From: Nitrospirota bacterium
GTDB taxonomy: Bacteria > Nitrospirota > UBA9217
Reading direction: 5' to 3'
DNA length: 64,000 bases
NCBI GenBank assembly: GCA_963796285.1
Contig: CAWCKW010000012.1
Coordinates: 704,001 to 768,000, forward strand
Position numbers and translations under genes: made by a program. Under the pieces are notes generated by a model. That model was given only the letters and a program-made list of their open reading frames with translations, had not been told where the DNA came from and searched no databases. Shown piece by piece: positions 50,801-60,576 of this stretch; position 1 is the first letter of the stretch, and each line of letters starts with the position of its first letter.

Positions 50801-53440
50801 ATGGAAATCATCACCAGTCATACAAACGCTGATTTCGATGCCCTGGCCTCCATGGTCGCGGCAAAGAAGCTCCATCCCGACGCCCGGCTTGTATTTCCCG
50901 GGTCGCAGGAGAAGAGCATGCGGGATTTTTTTCTCGAGTCAGCGTTCTACGCGCTCGAGGTCGATCGTCTTAAAAATATCGATGTGGACAGTATAACCAA
51001 ACTTATCATCGTCGATAACCGGAATCCCGCGAGGCTGGGAAAACTGGCGGGCGCGCTGAAGCGACCCGGCGTCACGGTGACCATTTACGATCACCACCCC
51101 GCAGCGGACGGCGATATCCGCGGTGAACTTGAAATTGTCGAAGAGGTCGGTGCCACGATCACGATCATGGTGGAACTGCTCAAGCAGAAGGGCATCCCGA
51201 TCACTCCTATCGAGGCGACCATTTTCGCCCTGGGCATTTATGAAGAGACAGGCTCCCTCACGTTCGTATCCACCACGGAGAGGGACGTTCAGGTGGTGGC
51301 ATACCTCCTCTCCCAGGGGGCACAGCTCAATATCGTCTCGGATTTCATCTCACGCGAGCTTACTGTCGATCAGATCGCCATTTTGAACAACCTGATCGAG
51401 TCCGCCAAGAGTTTTGACATTAATGGTGTGCCGGTGGTGATTGCAACGCTGGCGATACCACACTTTGTCCCTGATCTCGCGATCCTGGCCCACAAGATGA
51501 GGGATATGGAGAGCCTCGACGTGCTTTTCCTCGTGGTGCAGATGGGGGACAAGACGCATGTGATTGCCCGCTGCAGGATCCCCCAGGTGAACGTCGGCAT
51601 GGTTCTCGAGGAACTGGGCGGCGGCGGACATGCCACTGCTGCATCCGCGGTGGTCAAGGACATGACACACGTGCAGGCCACGGAGCGCCTGATCGATATT
51701 CTTAAACAGCATATCAAGCCCGGACAGGTGGCGAGCGAGGTCATGACCTCGCCGGTCAAAACCATCCCGTCAGGCAGTACGATCGCTGACGCGGGCGAGG
51801 CCATGACCAGGTTCAGCGTGAACGTTCTGCCGGTCCTGCGCGAAGAAAAGTATCTGGGCAGTATCACCCGTGAGGTCGTGCAGAAGGCTCTTTTCCACAA
51901 CCTGGGCAAACAGAAGGTCAATGAGTTCATGACCACGGGCGGCCCCGTCGCGTCACCCGACATGCCAATGGGACTGGTGGAGAAGATCATGATCGAGGAG
52001 CATCAGCGATTTATCCCGGTCATCGACAGGAACGGCAGGCTCGTGGGCGCGATCACCCGTACCGATCTCCTGCGATCTCTCCACGAAGAGCGTCTGGCCG
52101 AGGTGGCCGGGTCCGAAGCGGTCATGCTCCGATCTGCCAGGAATGTGCAGAGAATGATCGAAGAGCGCGTTCCCCCGGATGTACGCGAAGCGCTCAGATT
52201 GGTCGGTGAGGTCGCCGACGAGGCCGGGTTCCCGGTCTACCTCGTGGGCGGCATTGTGCGCGATCTGTTCCTGCGGGTCATGAACCTGGATATAGATATC
52301 GTGGTCGAGGGCGACGGCATCGTCTTCGCGGATATTCTCGTGAAGCGTGCCGGCGGTCGCATGAAAGCCCATCAAAAGTTCGGAACCGCAGTCGTCGTGC
52401 TGCCGAACGGGATCAAGCTCGATATTGCCACGGCCCGGCTCGAATATTATGAATCACCTGCTGCCTTGCCTACCGTAGAGCTTTCTTCAATTAAAAAAGA
52501 CCTCTATCGTCGTGACTTCACGATCAACACGCTTGCGGTGCGGCTGAACAGACAGCGCTACGGTGAGCTCATCGATTTCTTCGGCGGCCTGCGTGATATC
52601 AAGGAGAAGGCCCTCCGTGTTCTGCATAGTCTCTCGTTCGTGGAAGACCCTACGCGTGTTCTGCGGGCCATACGGTTTGAGCAGCGCTTCGATTTTAAAC
52701 TCAGTAAGCATACCCAGAACCTTATCAAGAGCGCCGTGAACATGAAGCTCTTCAATCGCTTGACCGGCAAGCGGATCTATGCGGAACTCATCCTGCTGTT
52801 CTCGGAGGCCGAACCGCTGAAGGTCCTTAAGCGCATGAAAGACCTCGATCTTCTGAAGTTCATCCATCCCACTCTGAAAGCCACGGTGGAAGCGGAGCGT
52901 CTCTTTACCGGAATAGGAGAGACCCTCACATGGTTCAGGCTTCTCTATCTGGATCTTACGATAGAAAAATGGTTTGTGTTCTTTCTCGGATTGCTCGATC
53001 GACTGAAGGACCCCGCAGTTAACGAGACGCTCGAGCGGCTCTCGGTCCCGGTCAGGAACAGGGAGCGGATTCGGCATTCACGGGCTGCGTACCGCGAGGT
53101 GCTCGCCGCGTTCTATAAGGAGCAGAATCTCACCCCCAGCCGTATCTATGAACTGCTCGTACAGCTTGATACTGAATCGCTCCTGCTCATGATGGCCAAG
53201 GCAAAACAGGACAAGGCCAAGAAGTACATTTCTCTGTATCTTACCCAACTCCGCACGATCAAGGTGGAGCTGAGCGGAAACGACCTCAAAAAAATGGGAA
53301 TACCGCCCGGACCGCGATATAGGAAGCTGCTTGCCGAACTTCTGGATGCGAAGCTGGACGGAAGCGTGAGAAACCGTGAGGAAGAAGTGGCTTTTGTACG
53401 GGAACGAGCGGGAGGAACGAAAATTCCCGTTGACGAATAA
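50801..53440 (+). CDS. DHH-CBS-tRNA nucleotidyltransferase (probably A-adding type)
   Basis: HTNADFD, YDHH, GGGGH; CBS pair; VGGIVRD..DIDIVVEG, ATARLEYY..PAALP, DLYRRDFTIN, SFVEDPTR. Confidence 0.9.
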   Translation: MEIITSHTNADFDALASMVAAKKLHPDARLVFPGSQEKSMRDFFLESAFYALEVDRLKNIDVDSITKLIIVDNRNPARLGKLAGALKRPGVTVTIYDHHPAADGDIRGELEIVEEVGATITIMVELLKQKGIPITPIEATIFALGIYEETGSLTFVSTTERDVQVVAYLLSQGAQLNIVSDFISRELTVDQIAILNNLIESAKSFDINGVPVVIATLAIPHFVPDLAILAHKMRDMESLDVLFLVVQMGDKTHVIARCRIPQVNVGMVLEELGGGGHATAASAVVKDMTHVQATERLIDILKQHIKPGQVASEVMTSPVKTIPSGSTIADAGEAMTRFSVNVLPVLREEKYLGSITREVVQKALFHNLGKQKVNEFMTTGGPVASPDMPMGLVEKIMIEEHQRFIPVIDRNGRLVGAITRTDLLRSLHEERLAEVAGSEAVMLRSARNVQRMIEERVPPDVREALRLVGEVADEAGFPVYLVGGIVRDLFLRVMNLDIDIVVEGDGIVFADILVKRAGGRMKAHQKFGTAVVVLPNGIKLDIATARLEYYESPAALPTVELSSIKKDLYRRDFTINTLAVRLNRQRYGELIDFFGGLRDIKEKALRVLHSLSFVEDPTRVLRAIRFEQRFDFKLSKHTQNLIKSAVNMKLFNRLTGKRIYAELILLFSEAEPLKVLKRMKDLDLLKFIHPTLKATVEAERLFTGIGETLTWFRLLYLDLTIEKWFVFFLGLLDRLKDPAVNETLERLSVPVRNRERIRHSRAAYREVLAAFYKEQNLTPSRIYELLVQLDTESLLLMMAKAKQDKAKKYISLYLTQLRTIKVELSGNDLKKMGIPPGPRYRKLLAELLDAKLDGSVRNREEEVAFVRERAGGTKIPVDE

Positions 53441-53464
53441 GGAAAATGCAGGCATAGTACCGTC

Positions 53465-55105
53465 ATGATATTCATCAGCCTCTTCGGCGGGATGCTTCTC
53501 CTGCTCTACGGTATCAAGCTCCTGAATGACGGCCTTCAGAATGCCGTAGGCCCGAAGATCCGATCGCTCCTCCGGTCGCTCACGAGCAACAGACTCGCCG
53601 CAGTGGGTGGAGGCGCATTCATCACCGGCCTTATCCAATCGAGCAGCGCAACGTCGGTCATGCTGGTGGGTTTCGTGAGCGCCGGTCTCATGAGTTTCCA
53701 TCAGACCCTCGCGGTCATCCTCGGCGCCGATATAGGCGCCACGCTCACGGTACAGCTCATTGCCTTTCACGTCTACGATTACGCAGTGCTCCTTGTCGGG
53801 ATAGGTCTGTCCTTCACGCTCTTTGCCAAAAAGATGCTCTTCAAAAATATCGGCCAGGGCGTGCTCGGTTTTGGCTTTGTGTTCCTCTCGATCAAGATCA
53901 TGATCGAGGCAATGACACCGCTCCAGGGGAACGAGTTGTTCCGGCAGGTTTTCATCGCGCTCACCGATACACCGCTTATCGGCATCGTGCTCTCGGCCGG
54001 CGTAACGGCCCTCATCCATAGCAGTGCGGCGACCATGGGCATCGCGCTCGTCCTTGCCACGAGCGGTCTGATACCGCTTCCCGCCGCGATCTATATCATC
54101 CTCGGCGCCAACATCGGCACCTGCGCCACTGCGTTCCTCGCGAGCCTGCGCTCGCCTGTCGAGGCGCGGCGCGTGGCCTGGGCGCATCTGCTCTTTAAAG
54201 TATTCGGCGTTCTGCTGTTTCTGCCGCTCCTCATCCCCTTCGCGCAGCTGGTCACTGCAACGACCCCGGACCTTACCCGTCAGATCGCAAATGCCAATAC
54301 GCTGTTCAACGTCATCATGGCCGTGGTCTTCCTCCCTTTTATCGGGCCATTCTCGAGATTGGTCATGAAACTGGTGCCTGAAGAGGAGGAGGAGAAAAAG
54401 GTCGGGCCCAGGTACCTTGACGAGCACGTGCTCGGTACGCCCGCGCTTGCGCTGGGACAGGCGAGCCGGGAGGCGCTCCGGGTTTCCGATATTGTGCGCG
54501 AGATGCTGGTCGATGCGATCCCTGTTTTTCAGACCGATGATCCTGCTTCCATAGCTGCCATAAAGAACAAGGACAACCTGATAGACCTCCTGGACCGGCA
54601 TATCCGGCTTTACATCACCCGGTTGTCGTCGTCTCCCATTACCGAGACCCAGTCACGGCGCTCGATGGCTGTGCTCGAGATTTCACGCAATCTGGAGAAC
54701 ATCGGCGACATCATCGACCGGAACATTATGCCGCTTGCGATGAAGCGGATCAGCAAGGGGATCACGTTCTCCCGGGAGGGATTGGACGAGATCATCCTCT
54801 TTCACAAGAAAGTCATTGAAAATTTCGATACCGCGATCTCGGCATTCGCGGGCAACGACCGGGTCCTTGCGGACCAGGTGCTCCGGAACAAGGAAGAACT
54901 CGGCATGATGGAGCGAGAGCTGGTCCAGGCGCATCTCGACAGGCTCCGCAAAGGGTTCCGGGAATCCATCGAGACGAGCCACATCCATCTTGACCTCATC
55001 GGCAACCTTGCGCGCATCAATTCGCTTATTACGCACATCATCTATCCGATCATTGATGAAAAACGCAACAGGGTGCATGATGAAGTGGGGATCGAGGAGC
55101 ATTAG
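53465..55105 (+). CDS. Na/Pi cotransporter family protein with PhoU-like C-terminus
   Basis: IQSSSATSV, ILGADIGAT, IHSSAA, LGANIGT, NLENIGD. Confidence 0.92.
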   Translation: MIFISLFGGMLLLLYGIKLLNDGLQNAVGPKIRSLLRSLTSNRLAAVGGGAFITGLIQSSSATSVMLVGFVSAGLMSFHQTLAVILGADIGATLTVQLIAFHVYDYAVLLVGIGLSFTLFAKKMLFKNIGQGVLGFGFVFLSIKIMIEAMTPLQGNELFRQVFIALTDTPLIGIVLSAGVTALIHSSAATMGIALVLATSGLIPLPAAIYIILGANIGTCATAFLASLRSPVEARRVAWAHLLFKVFGVLLFLPLLIPFAQLVTATTPDLTRQIANANTLFNVIMAVVFLPFIGPFSRLVMKLVPEEEEEKKVGPRYLDEHVLGTPALALGQASREALRVSDIVREMLVDAIPVFQTDDPASIAAIKNKDNLIDLLDRHIRLYITRLSSSPITETQSRRSMAVLEISRNLENIGDIIDRNIMPLAMKRISKGITFSREGLDEIILFHKKVIENFDTAISAFAGNDRVLADQVLRNKEELGMMERELVQAHLDRLRKGFRESIETSHIHLDLIGNLARINSLITHIIYPIIDEKRNRVHDEVGIEEH

Positions 55106-55182
55106 GAGCGAGAGATAGGGGATGTGGGACGAAGGATGAATGATGTCAGGCCTTGCCGTATCCATCATATAAGGGGGTTTGC

Positions 55183-55581
55183 ATGCTCAGACAGCTCAGG
55201 GTGAAGACGAATTCCAGGACAGAGCTTGTGGACATTACACAAGGGGTGCAGCGTCTCGTTGCGGAAAGCGGTGTCCGCTCGGGCATGTGCTATATCTCTG
55301 TTCCTCACACAACCTCGGGTATCACGATCAATGAGAACTCCGATCCGAACGTGGGGAGAGACATCCTGAAGGAGTTGAATAAGGTTATCCCCTTTGACGA
55401 CCAGTACGGACATAGTGAAGGAAATTCCGCGGCGCACATCAAATCGAGCATCATCGGCGTGTCGAAGGCCGTGATCGTAGAGGAAGGACGGCTGGCGCTC
55501 GGCACGTGGCAGGCTGTGTTTTTCTGCGAATTCGACGGCCCCCGAGACCGCAGGGTAATGGTGAAGGTGATGAAGGATTGA
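55183..55581 (+). CDS. yjbQ: YjbQ/UPF0047 family protein
   Basis: PHTTSGITINEN, HSEGNSAAHIK, LGTWQAVFFCEFDGPR. Confidence 0.92.
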   Translation: MLRQLRVKTNSRTELVDITQGVQRLVAESGVRSGMCYISVPHTTSGITINENSDPNVGRDILKELNKVIPFDDQYGHSEGNSAAHIKSSIIGVSKAVIVEEGRLALGTWQAVFFCEFDGPRDRRVMVKVMKD

Positions 55582-55629
55582 GAAGCAGTAATCAGGAGTC
55601 AGGAGATACCGCTGGTAGTCGCAGACACT

Positions 55630-55800
55630 TGCTTCCGCGTTTGACGTACACCTTGGCCTTGGCGTCGCGTACTTCGATCTCCAGGACGACAAATATGCTG
55701 AAAGAGAATTATCTAAAGCTGTCGAGATCAATCGCTGAAAAAAGGTATCCTGGCTTCTTATGAAGAATTCGAGCGCGGGTGGAAGAGAGTCGTTCGAGTA
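55630..55800 (+). pseudogene. Possible TPR-protein remnant
   Basis: Unlisted frame reads DVHLGLGVAYFDLQDDKYAERELSKAVEINR*, a TPR-like helix pair with no start codon. Confidence 0.4.
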
Positions 55801-56069
55801 ATCTCGCTGCGGAGATAAATAACGAGATAACTCCTAAAGCCAATATATACAATCCAAATAGAGCCAAAGTTCAGCCACAAAGGCTCCATGACACATAAAC
55901 CAGTGAATGAATTTATTCGTGCTTTGGCCTGTCCCCGGCGGATTCTGTCAGGGGTGGGTCGGTGTTGCCCTCTTCTCGGCCATTGTGGCATAGTTGGTCC
56001 CGGTTTATCCGGGCTGGAATTTCGTGATATGAATTTGGAATTTGCACCATCATATGGTACTATCCCGTC

Positions 56070-57113
56070 ATGACTTCACCGGTTGCAGAATCCCTTACCA
56101 TTACCGATTTCGACTTTGACCTTCCCAAGTCTCTCATTGCGCAGGAGCCATCCTTGCAAAGGGACCGTTCACGCCTTTTGGCCCTCAATCGCTCTACCGG
56201 CAATATGGCGCATCGCATTTTTACGGACATCGATCAGTATCTTCTTCCCGGAGACCTGTTGATCATAAATGACACGAAGGTTTTCCCGTGCAGGCTTCCG
56301 GCAACAAAGCCTGGGGGCGGCAGGGCTGAGATATTTCTCCTGTTTGAACGAAGACGGAACCTCTGGGAAGTGCTGGTGAAAGGCTGCGGCACTGCCGGGA
56401 AGAGGCTGCGCATCACCGATGGCGTGGAGGCTGAGATCACCGGGGAGGGAGTTGACAGCGTCAGAACTGTACGCTTTCACGGTATCGAAGACATCAGGTC
56501 AATTCTACCTGAGATCGGGAAAACCCCGCTTCCACCTTATATAAAGCGTGAAGCGGATAAAGTTGACCAGGAGCGTTATCAGACCGTATACGCGGCTCAT
56601 GAAGGTGCGGTTGCGGCGCCTACAGCGGGTCTGCACTTCACCGGGGAACTGCTTCAACGGCTGACGACAAAGGGAATTGAGATTGCCACGGTCACACTCC
56701 ACGTGGGTCCTGGTACGTTCCAGCCTGTCCGTATGCAAACGATCAGTGAACATCGTATGCTGCCTGAGCGGTACTCGATTACCGAGAACTCCGCTCAGCG
56801 AATCAATCGCGCAAAGGCCGAAGGCAGGCGGGTGATCGCCGTGGGGACCACAAGCGTGCGAACGATCGAAACCGCTGCGGCCGGCAGCAACAGGGTCGCG
56901 CCCGGAGATAGCAGCTCGGAGCTGTTCATCTATCCCGGATATTGTTTCACGGTCACGGACGGCATCATCACCAATTTTCATCTGCCGAAGTCCACGCTCC
57001 TCATGCTGGTGTCTGCATTTGCCGGCAGGGAGCGGACCCTCTCGGCCTATCGCACGGCAATAGCCGAAAAGTATCGCTTTTACAGTTATGGAGACGCGAT
57101 GATCGTTGCCTAG
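56070..57113 (+). CDS. queA: S-adenosylmethionine:tRNA ribosyltransferase-isomerase
   Basis: DFDFDLPKSLIAQEP, PLPPYI, RYQTVYA, AAPTAGLHF, LHVGPGTF, TNFHLPKSTL, YRFYSYGDAM. Confidence 0.97.
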   Translation: MTSPVAESLTITDFDFDLPKSLIAQEPSLQRDRSRLLALNRSTGNMAHRIFTDIDQYLLPGDLLIINDTKVFPCRLPATKPGGGRAEIFLLFERRRNLWEVLVKGCGTAGKRLRITDGVEAEITGEGVDSVRTVRFHGIEDIRSILPEIGKTPLPPYIKREADKVDQERYQTVYAAHEGAVAAPTAGLHFTGELLQRLTTKGIEIATVTLHVGPGTFQPVRMQTISEHRMLPERYSITENSAQRINRAKAEGRRVIAVGTTSVRTIETAAAGSNRVAPGDSSSELFIYPGYCFTVTDGIITNFHLPKSTLLMLVSAFAGRERTLSAYRTAIAEKYRFYSYGDAMIVA

Positions 57114-57205
57114 AGCAGAGAGCTTAGGGCATGGAGAAGAGGATAGAGAATTGAGCGCAAAGGCAAAGGGTTATGCTCCATGCCCCTTGCGCCATGCTCT
57201 CTGCC
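57112..57205. repeat. Inverted heptamer element (AGAGCAT / ATGCTCT)
   Basis: agagcag agagctt agggcat ggag ... atgctcc atgcccc ttgcgcc atgctct ctgc. Confidence 0.75.
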
Positions 57206-57235
57206 GGCATAGTGAATGTAATGAAAGGGAAAAGC

Positions 57236-57898
57236 ATGATCAACAATCAACAAGGCGGCATCCTATCCAAGATCTTCATTATCCCCGTTGGAGTGGCCCT
57301 CATGGTGGGGTTCTTTTTTTTAGGTTACTATGTGGGAAAATATCAGAGCAAGTCCAGTACCTCTGGAGAGATCTCGCAACCACTTCCTGAGGTGTCTTCG
57401 GGCACGGGGACAAAAAAGGAGGAATTTACCTTTTACAAGACCCTGACCGACAATACCGACAAGACGGTTTCGATCGATCTCAAGGCCAGACCAGCGCAAG
57501 AGGAGAAGAGACCAGAGAAACAGCAAGCCGCACCAATGGAAAAGCGGGTTGAGATAAAAGTTGAAAGAGAAGCACTCTCACCGGTTAAACCCAAGCAAGC
57601 ATCTTCGAATCAATCTCAGACGTCAACGAAGAAAGAGTCTGCCAAGTCATCCGCAGGCGTAAAGCTTCGGTACACCGTGCAGACTGCATCGTATCAGGAA
57701 AAAGAAATGGCCGAGGATGAGGTGAAGAGGTTGAAACAGCGTGGATACGCGGCATTCATTTATTCATCACAACTGCCGGGCAAAGGTATCTGGTATCGTG
57801 TGAGGCTCGGTAGTTTCTCGAACAAGGCCGCGGCGGAAAAACTCCAAAAGACGATCCACGCAAAGGAAGGGATTTCGCCAATTATAACGATTGAATAA
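57236..57898 (+). CDS. SPOR-domain membrane protein (FtsN/DedD-like)
   Basis: N-terminal TM (FFFLGYYVGK), FTFYKTL, C-terminal YTVQTASY...WYRVRLGSF. Confidence 0.88.
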   Translation: MINNQQGGILSKIFIIPVGVALMVGFFFLGYYVGKYQSKSSTSGEISQPLPEVSSGTGTKKEEFTFYKTLTDNTDKTVSIDLKARPAQEEKRPEKQQAAPMEKRVEIKVEREALSPVKPKQASSNQSQTSTKKESAKSSAGVKLRYTVQTASYQEKEMAEDEVKRLKQRGYAAFIYSSQLPGKGIWYRVRLGSFSNKAAAEKLQKTIHAKEGISPIITIE

Positions 57899-58181
57899 AA
57901 TTGAGGAAGTTGATGAGAGATGATGCTGCAATATGCTGATTTAAAAGCATATCTTCCCTATATCCGTCAATCAGTATTCATAATCGATCCAATTATCCTG
58001 AAGACATACCGAAACACTTGAAGTGTAAGGGATGCCGAAAAGTATGCCCACTATGCCAGGGAGTCAAGTCAAACCTGTTGCCGTAACACCAGAAAAGAGA
58101 TGACCGAAGCCCTGGTGTTTCAGATCCTACTGAAGAACATACATACTGAGTTAAACCCTCACAAAAACCGACACACAAAAC

Positions 58182-58214
58182 AAAAAGGAGTTAACCCGTA
58201 TGGGTTAACCCCTT
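58182..58214 (-). terminator. Terminator of tRNA-Gly
   Basis: AAAAAGGAGTTAACCC-GTAT-GGGTTAACCCCTT. Confidence 0.75.
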
Positions 58215-58222
58215 ATCATTTA

Positions 58223-58298
58223 TGGAGCGGGTGGCGAGATTCGAACTCGTGACCCCAACCTTGGCAAGGTTGTGCTCTACCAGCTGAGCTACACCCGC
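58223..58298 (-). tRNA. tRNA-Gly (GCC)
   Basis: Reverse complement GCGGGTGTAGCTCAGCTGGTAGAGCACAACCTTGCCAAGGTTGGGGTCACGAGTTCGAATCTCGCCACCCGCTCCA. Confidence 0.97.
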
Positions 58299-58334
58299 AT
58301 GAGCCGGAAATGTTCCTGCCCTTTTGACCTCGCA

Positions 58335-58363
58335 AATATAACAAAGTGGTATTTCATTGTCAA
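58335..58363 (-). promoter_or_regulatory. sigma70 promoter of tRNA-Gly
   Basis: TTGACA-17 nt-TATATT on the minus strand. Confidence 0.7.
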
Positions 58364-58400
58364 TAGAAAAGAACGTTCGGGACAGGGATGGTTTGTCAAT

Positions 58401-60407
58401 TTACGGCGCTTCATCATGGATAGGCGGTTCATCACTGAGAACGCTGGTCTTATCACAATACTGCCTCGGTTCCGTTCCCGGTAGAAACGCCTCGAGAACG
58501 GACTGTCTGCAGTTTTCCGTGCTGAGCAGGCCGTTCCGGGGATCGATCTGCTTAAAAAGGATGCCCTCGGGAGCAACAAAATCCTCGGGCGCACGGTCGT
58601 CATTCGCTTTTTTCATGAACGCAAGCCAGATCGGCAGCGCGGCGCGCGCTCCCGTTTCCCGGTAGCCGATGCTCGTCTGGTCGTCGTAACCGACCCAGAC
58701 GCCGGTCACCAGGCTGGGCGTGTATCCGATGAACCATGCATCACGGTAGTCATTCGTGGTCCCCGTTTTGCCTGCCGCGGGCCTTCCGAGTTCGCGGGCC
58801 TTCCATCCCGTTCCGTGCTCGATCACACCTTTAAGCAGATCGGTGGTAAGGTACGCTGTCTCAGGCTTGATGGACTGGGTGGGAAGTGCATCGTTCGTAT
58901 ACAGCACACGGCCCGTGTTGTCGGTGATCGACAGGATTGATACCGGACCCATACTGATACCGTGATTGGCGAACACGGCGTACACGGCGGTCAGTTCGGC
59001 AAGGGTCATGTCTGAACTGCCGAGGGCCAGCGACAAATAGGGGTTGAGCGTGCTTTTGATGCCGAGTTTTCTTGCATACTGGATGGTATCGTGAATGCCG
59101 ATCTTTTCAAGCAGCCTGATCGTCGGCACGTTCAACGACTGGATGAGCGCATTCCGCAGAGTCACCCTCCCCTGAAAGGTCCGTGAAAAGTTCTCGGGTG
59201 ACCAGTTTTTATTCCGGTCCAGCTTGATCGTCAGGGGTGAGTCGTCAAGGATGTCGGAAGCGCCGAACCCGCGGTCGAGGGCCGCTGCATAGATGACCGG
59301 TTTGAACGCCGAACCGGGTTGCCGCAGGGCCTGCCAGGCTCGATTGAACTGACTTTGCCTGAAGTCCCGTCCGCCGACCATGGCCCGGATGCGGCCGGTC
59401 GCCGGCTCGATTGCAAGAAGCGCTGCCTGGAGGGGAGACTTGACGTGAAGTTTATGCCGGGACTCGATTTTCAAAATACCATCAGCCACGGCCTGCTCCG
59501 CGTAGTTCTGGAGGTCATCGTTTATACTCGTATAGATGTTCAGACCGCCGGAATAGAGAATGCTCGATCCAAACCGATCCTCAACCTTTTGACGCACATA
59601 TTCGATGAAGTAGGGTGCCCGTCCGCCTGTCTTGACCGGGGACTCGAAAGACAGGGGGGCTTTTTTGGCCTCATCGGCCTGTGCCCTGGTAATGACGCCG
59701 CTAGCTGCCATCCGGTTCAGGACATAGGCGCGCCTTCCCGCGGCCCTTAGTGGCGATTTGAAAGGTGAGTAGTATTTCGGGGACCGGGGAAGACCGGCGA
59801 GGAGCGCGCACTCGGCGATATTCAGATCTTTGGCGTGTTTCCCGAAGTAGATCTGGGACGCTGCTTCAACGCCGTAGGCGCCGCTGCCGAAATATATCTG
59901 GTTTAGATAGAACGAGAGGATCTCCTGTTTGGTGTATCGCTGCTCGATCCTGAGCGCGAGGGTCATTTCCTTGAACTTGCGCGAATAACTTCGTTCGGGG
60001 TTCAGAAAAAGCACTTTGGCGAGCTGCTGCGTCAGGGTGCTGCCGCCCTCAACCACCTTCCGAGCCTTGATATTACGGTACATGGCCCGGGCGATCCCGC
60101 GCAGATCAAGCCCGAGATGACTGTAGAACCTGGTGTCCTCGGTAGCAATAAGCGCCTTGATCAGCATATCGGGTACGTCTGTGAAAACCACGGGAGTACG
60201 GTTCTGAAGGAAGAACTCGGCAAGCAGTTTATTGTCGTCGGAATAGACGCGGGAGGTAATGCTCGGTTTGAATTGTTCGAGGATATTGACCTCAGGCAGG
60301 TCCCAGAGTGAAAAAATAATATATCCGGCACCCCCGCCGATGAGAACGGCGAAGAGCGTCAGGAACAGGTAGAGGAGGAACGGTCTGCTTTTTTGCATGT
60401 TGCGCAT
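58401..60407 (-). CDS. Class A penicillin-binding protein (PBP1A family)
   Basis: EDTRFYSH, GGSTLTQQLAK, RKFKE, YLNQIYFG; SAFK, SLN, GKTGT; start ATG 60407 after GGAGGT. Confidence 0.95.
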   Translation of the reverse strand: MRNMQKSRPFLLYLFLTLFAVLIGGGAGYIIFSLWDLPEVNILEQFKPSITSRVYSDDNKLLAEFFLQNRTPVVFTDVPDMLIKALIATEDTRFYSHLGLDLRGIARAMYRNIKARKVVEGGSTLTQQLAKVLFLNPERSYSRKFKEMTLALRIEQRYTKQEILSFYLNQIYFGSGAYGVEAASQIYFGKHAKDLNIAECALLAGLPRSPKYYSPFKSPLRAAGRRAYVLNRMAASGVITRAQADEAKKAPLSFESPVKTGGRAPYFIEYVRQKVEDRFGSSILYSGGLNIYTSINDDLQNYAEQAVADGILKIESRHKLHVKSPLQAALLAIEPATGRIRAMVGGRDFRQSQFNRAWQALRQPGSAFKPVIYAAALDRGFGASDILDDSPLTIKLDRNKNWSPENFSRTFQGRVTLRNALIQSLNVPTIRLLEKIGIHDTIQYARKLGIKSTLNPYLSLALGSSDMTLAELTAVYAVFANHGISMGPVSILSITDNTGRVLYTNDALPTQSIKPETAYLTTDLLKGVIEHGTGWKARELGRPAAGKTGTTNDYRDAWFIGYTPSLVTGVWVGYDDQTSIGYRETGARAALPIWLAFMKKANDDRAPEDFVAPEGILFKQIDPRNGLLSTENCRQSVLEAFLPGTEPRQYCDKTSVLSDEPPIHDEAP

Positions 60408-60576
60408 TATACCTCCGGAGACAGGGAAAAAGCAAAGCCGATACGGCGTCACATCTCATAGGTAACTACTGAGTGCCGACTCGACGAGTGAAAAACGTTT
60501 GCATCTTCTTTTCTTGAGTTTTACAGGTCAAGATGCTATGATTCGTCATGATTGAGCATGAATAGAGGGACGGATT

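Noticed and set aside
53078-54601. 507-aa minus-strand ORF (also 40878..42023, 46979..47842, 3415..4317, 27199..28128)
   Set aside because: Antisense shadows of well-supported genes in GC-rich DNA, with no motifs.
55995-56020. GGTTTATCCGGGCTGG as an IS/MITE end
   Set aside because: No partner inverted repeat or transposase nearby; too short to support.
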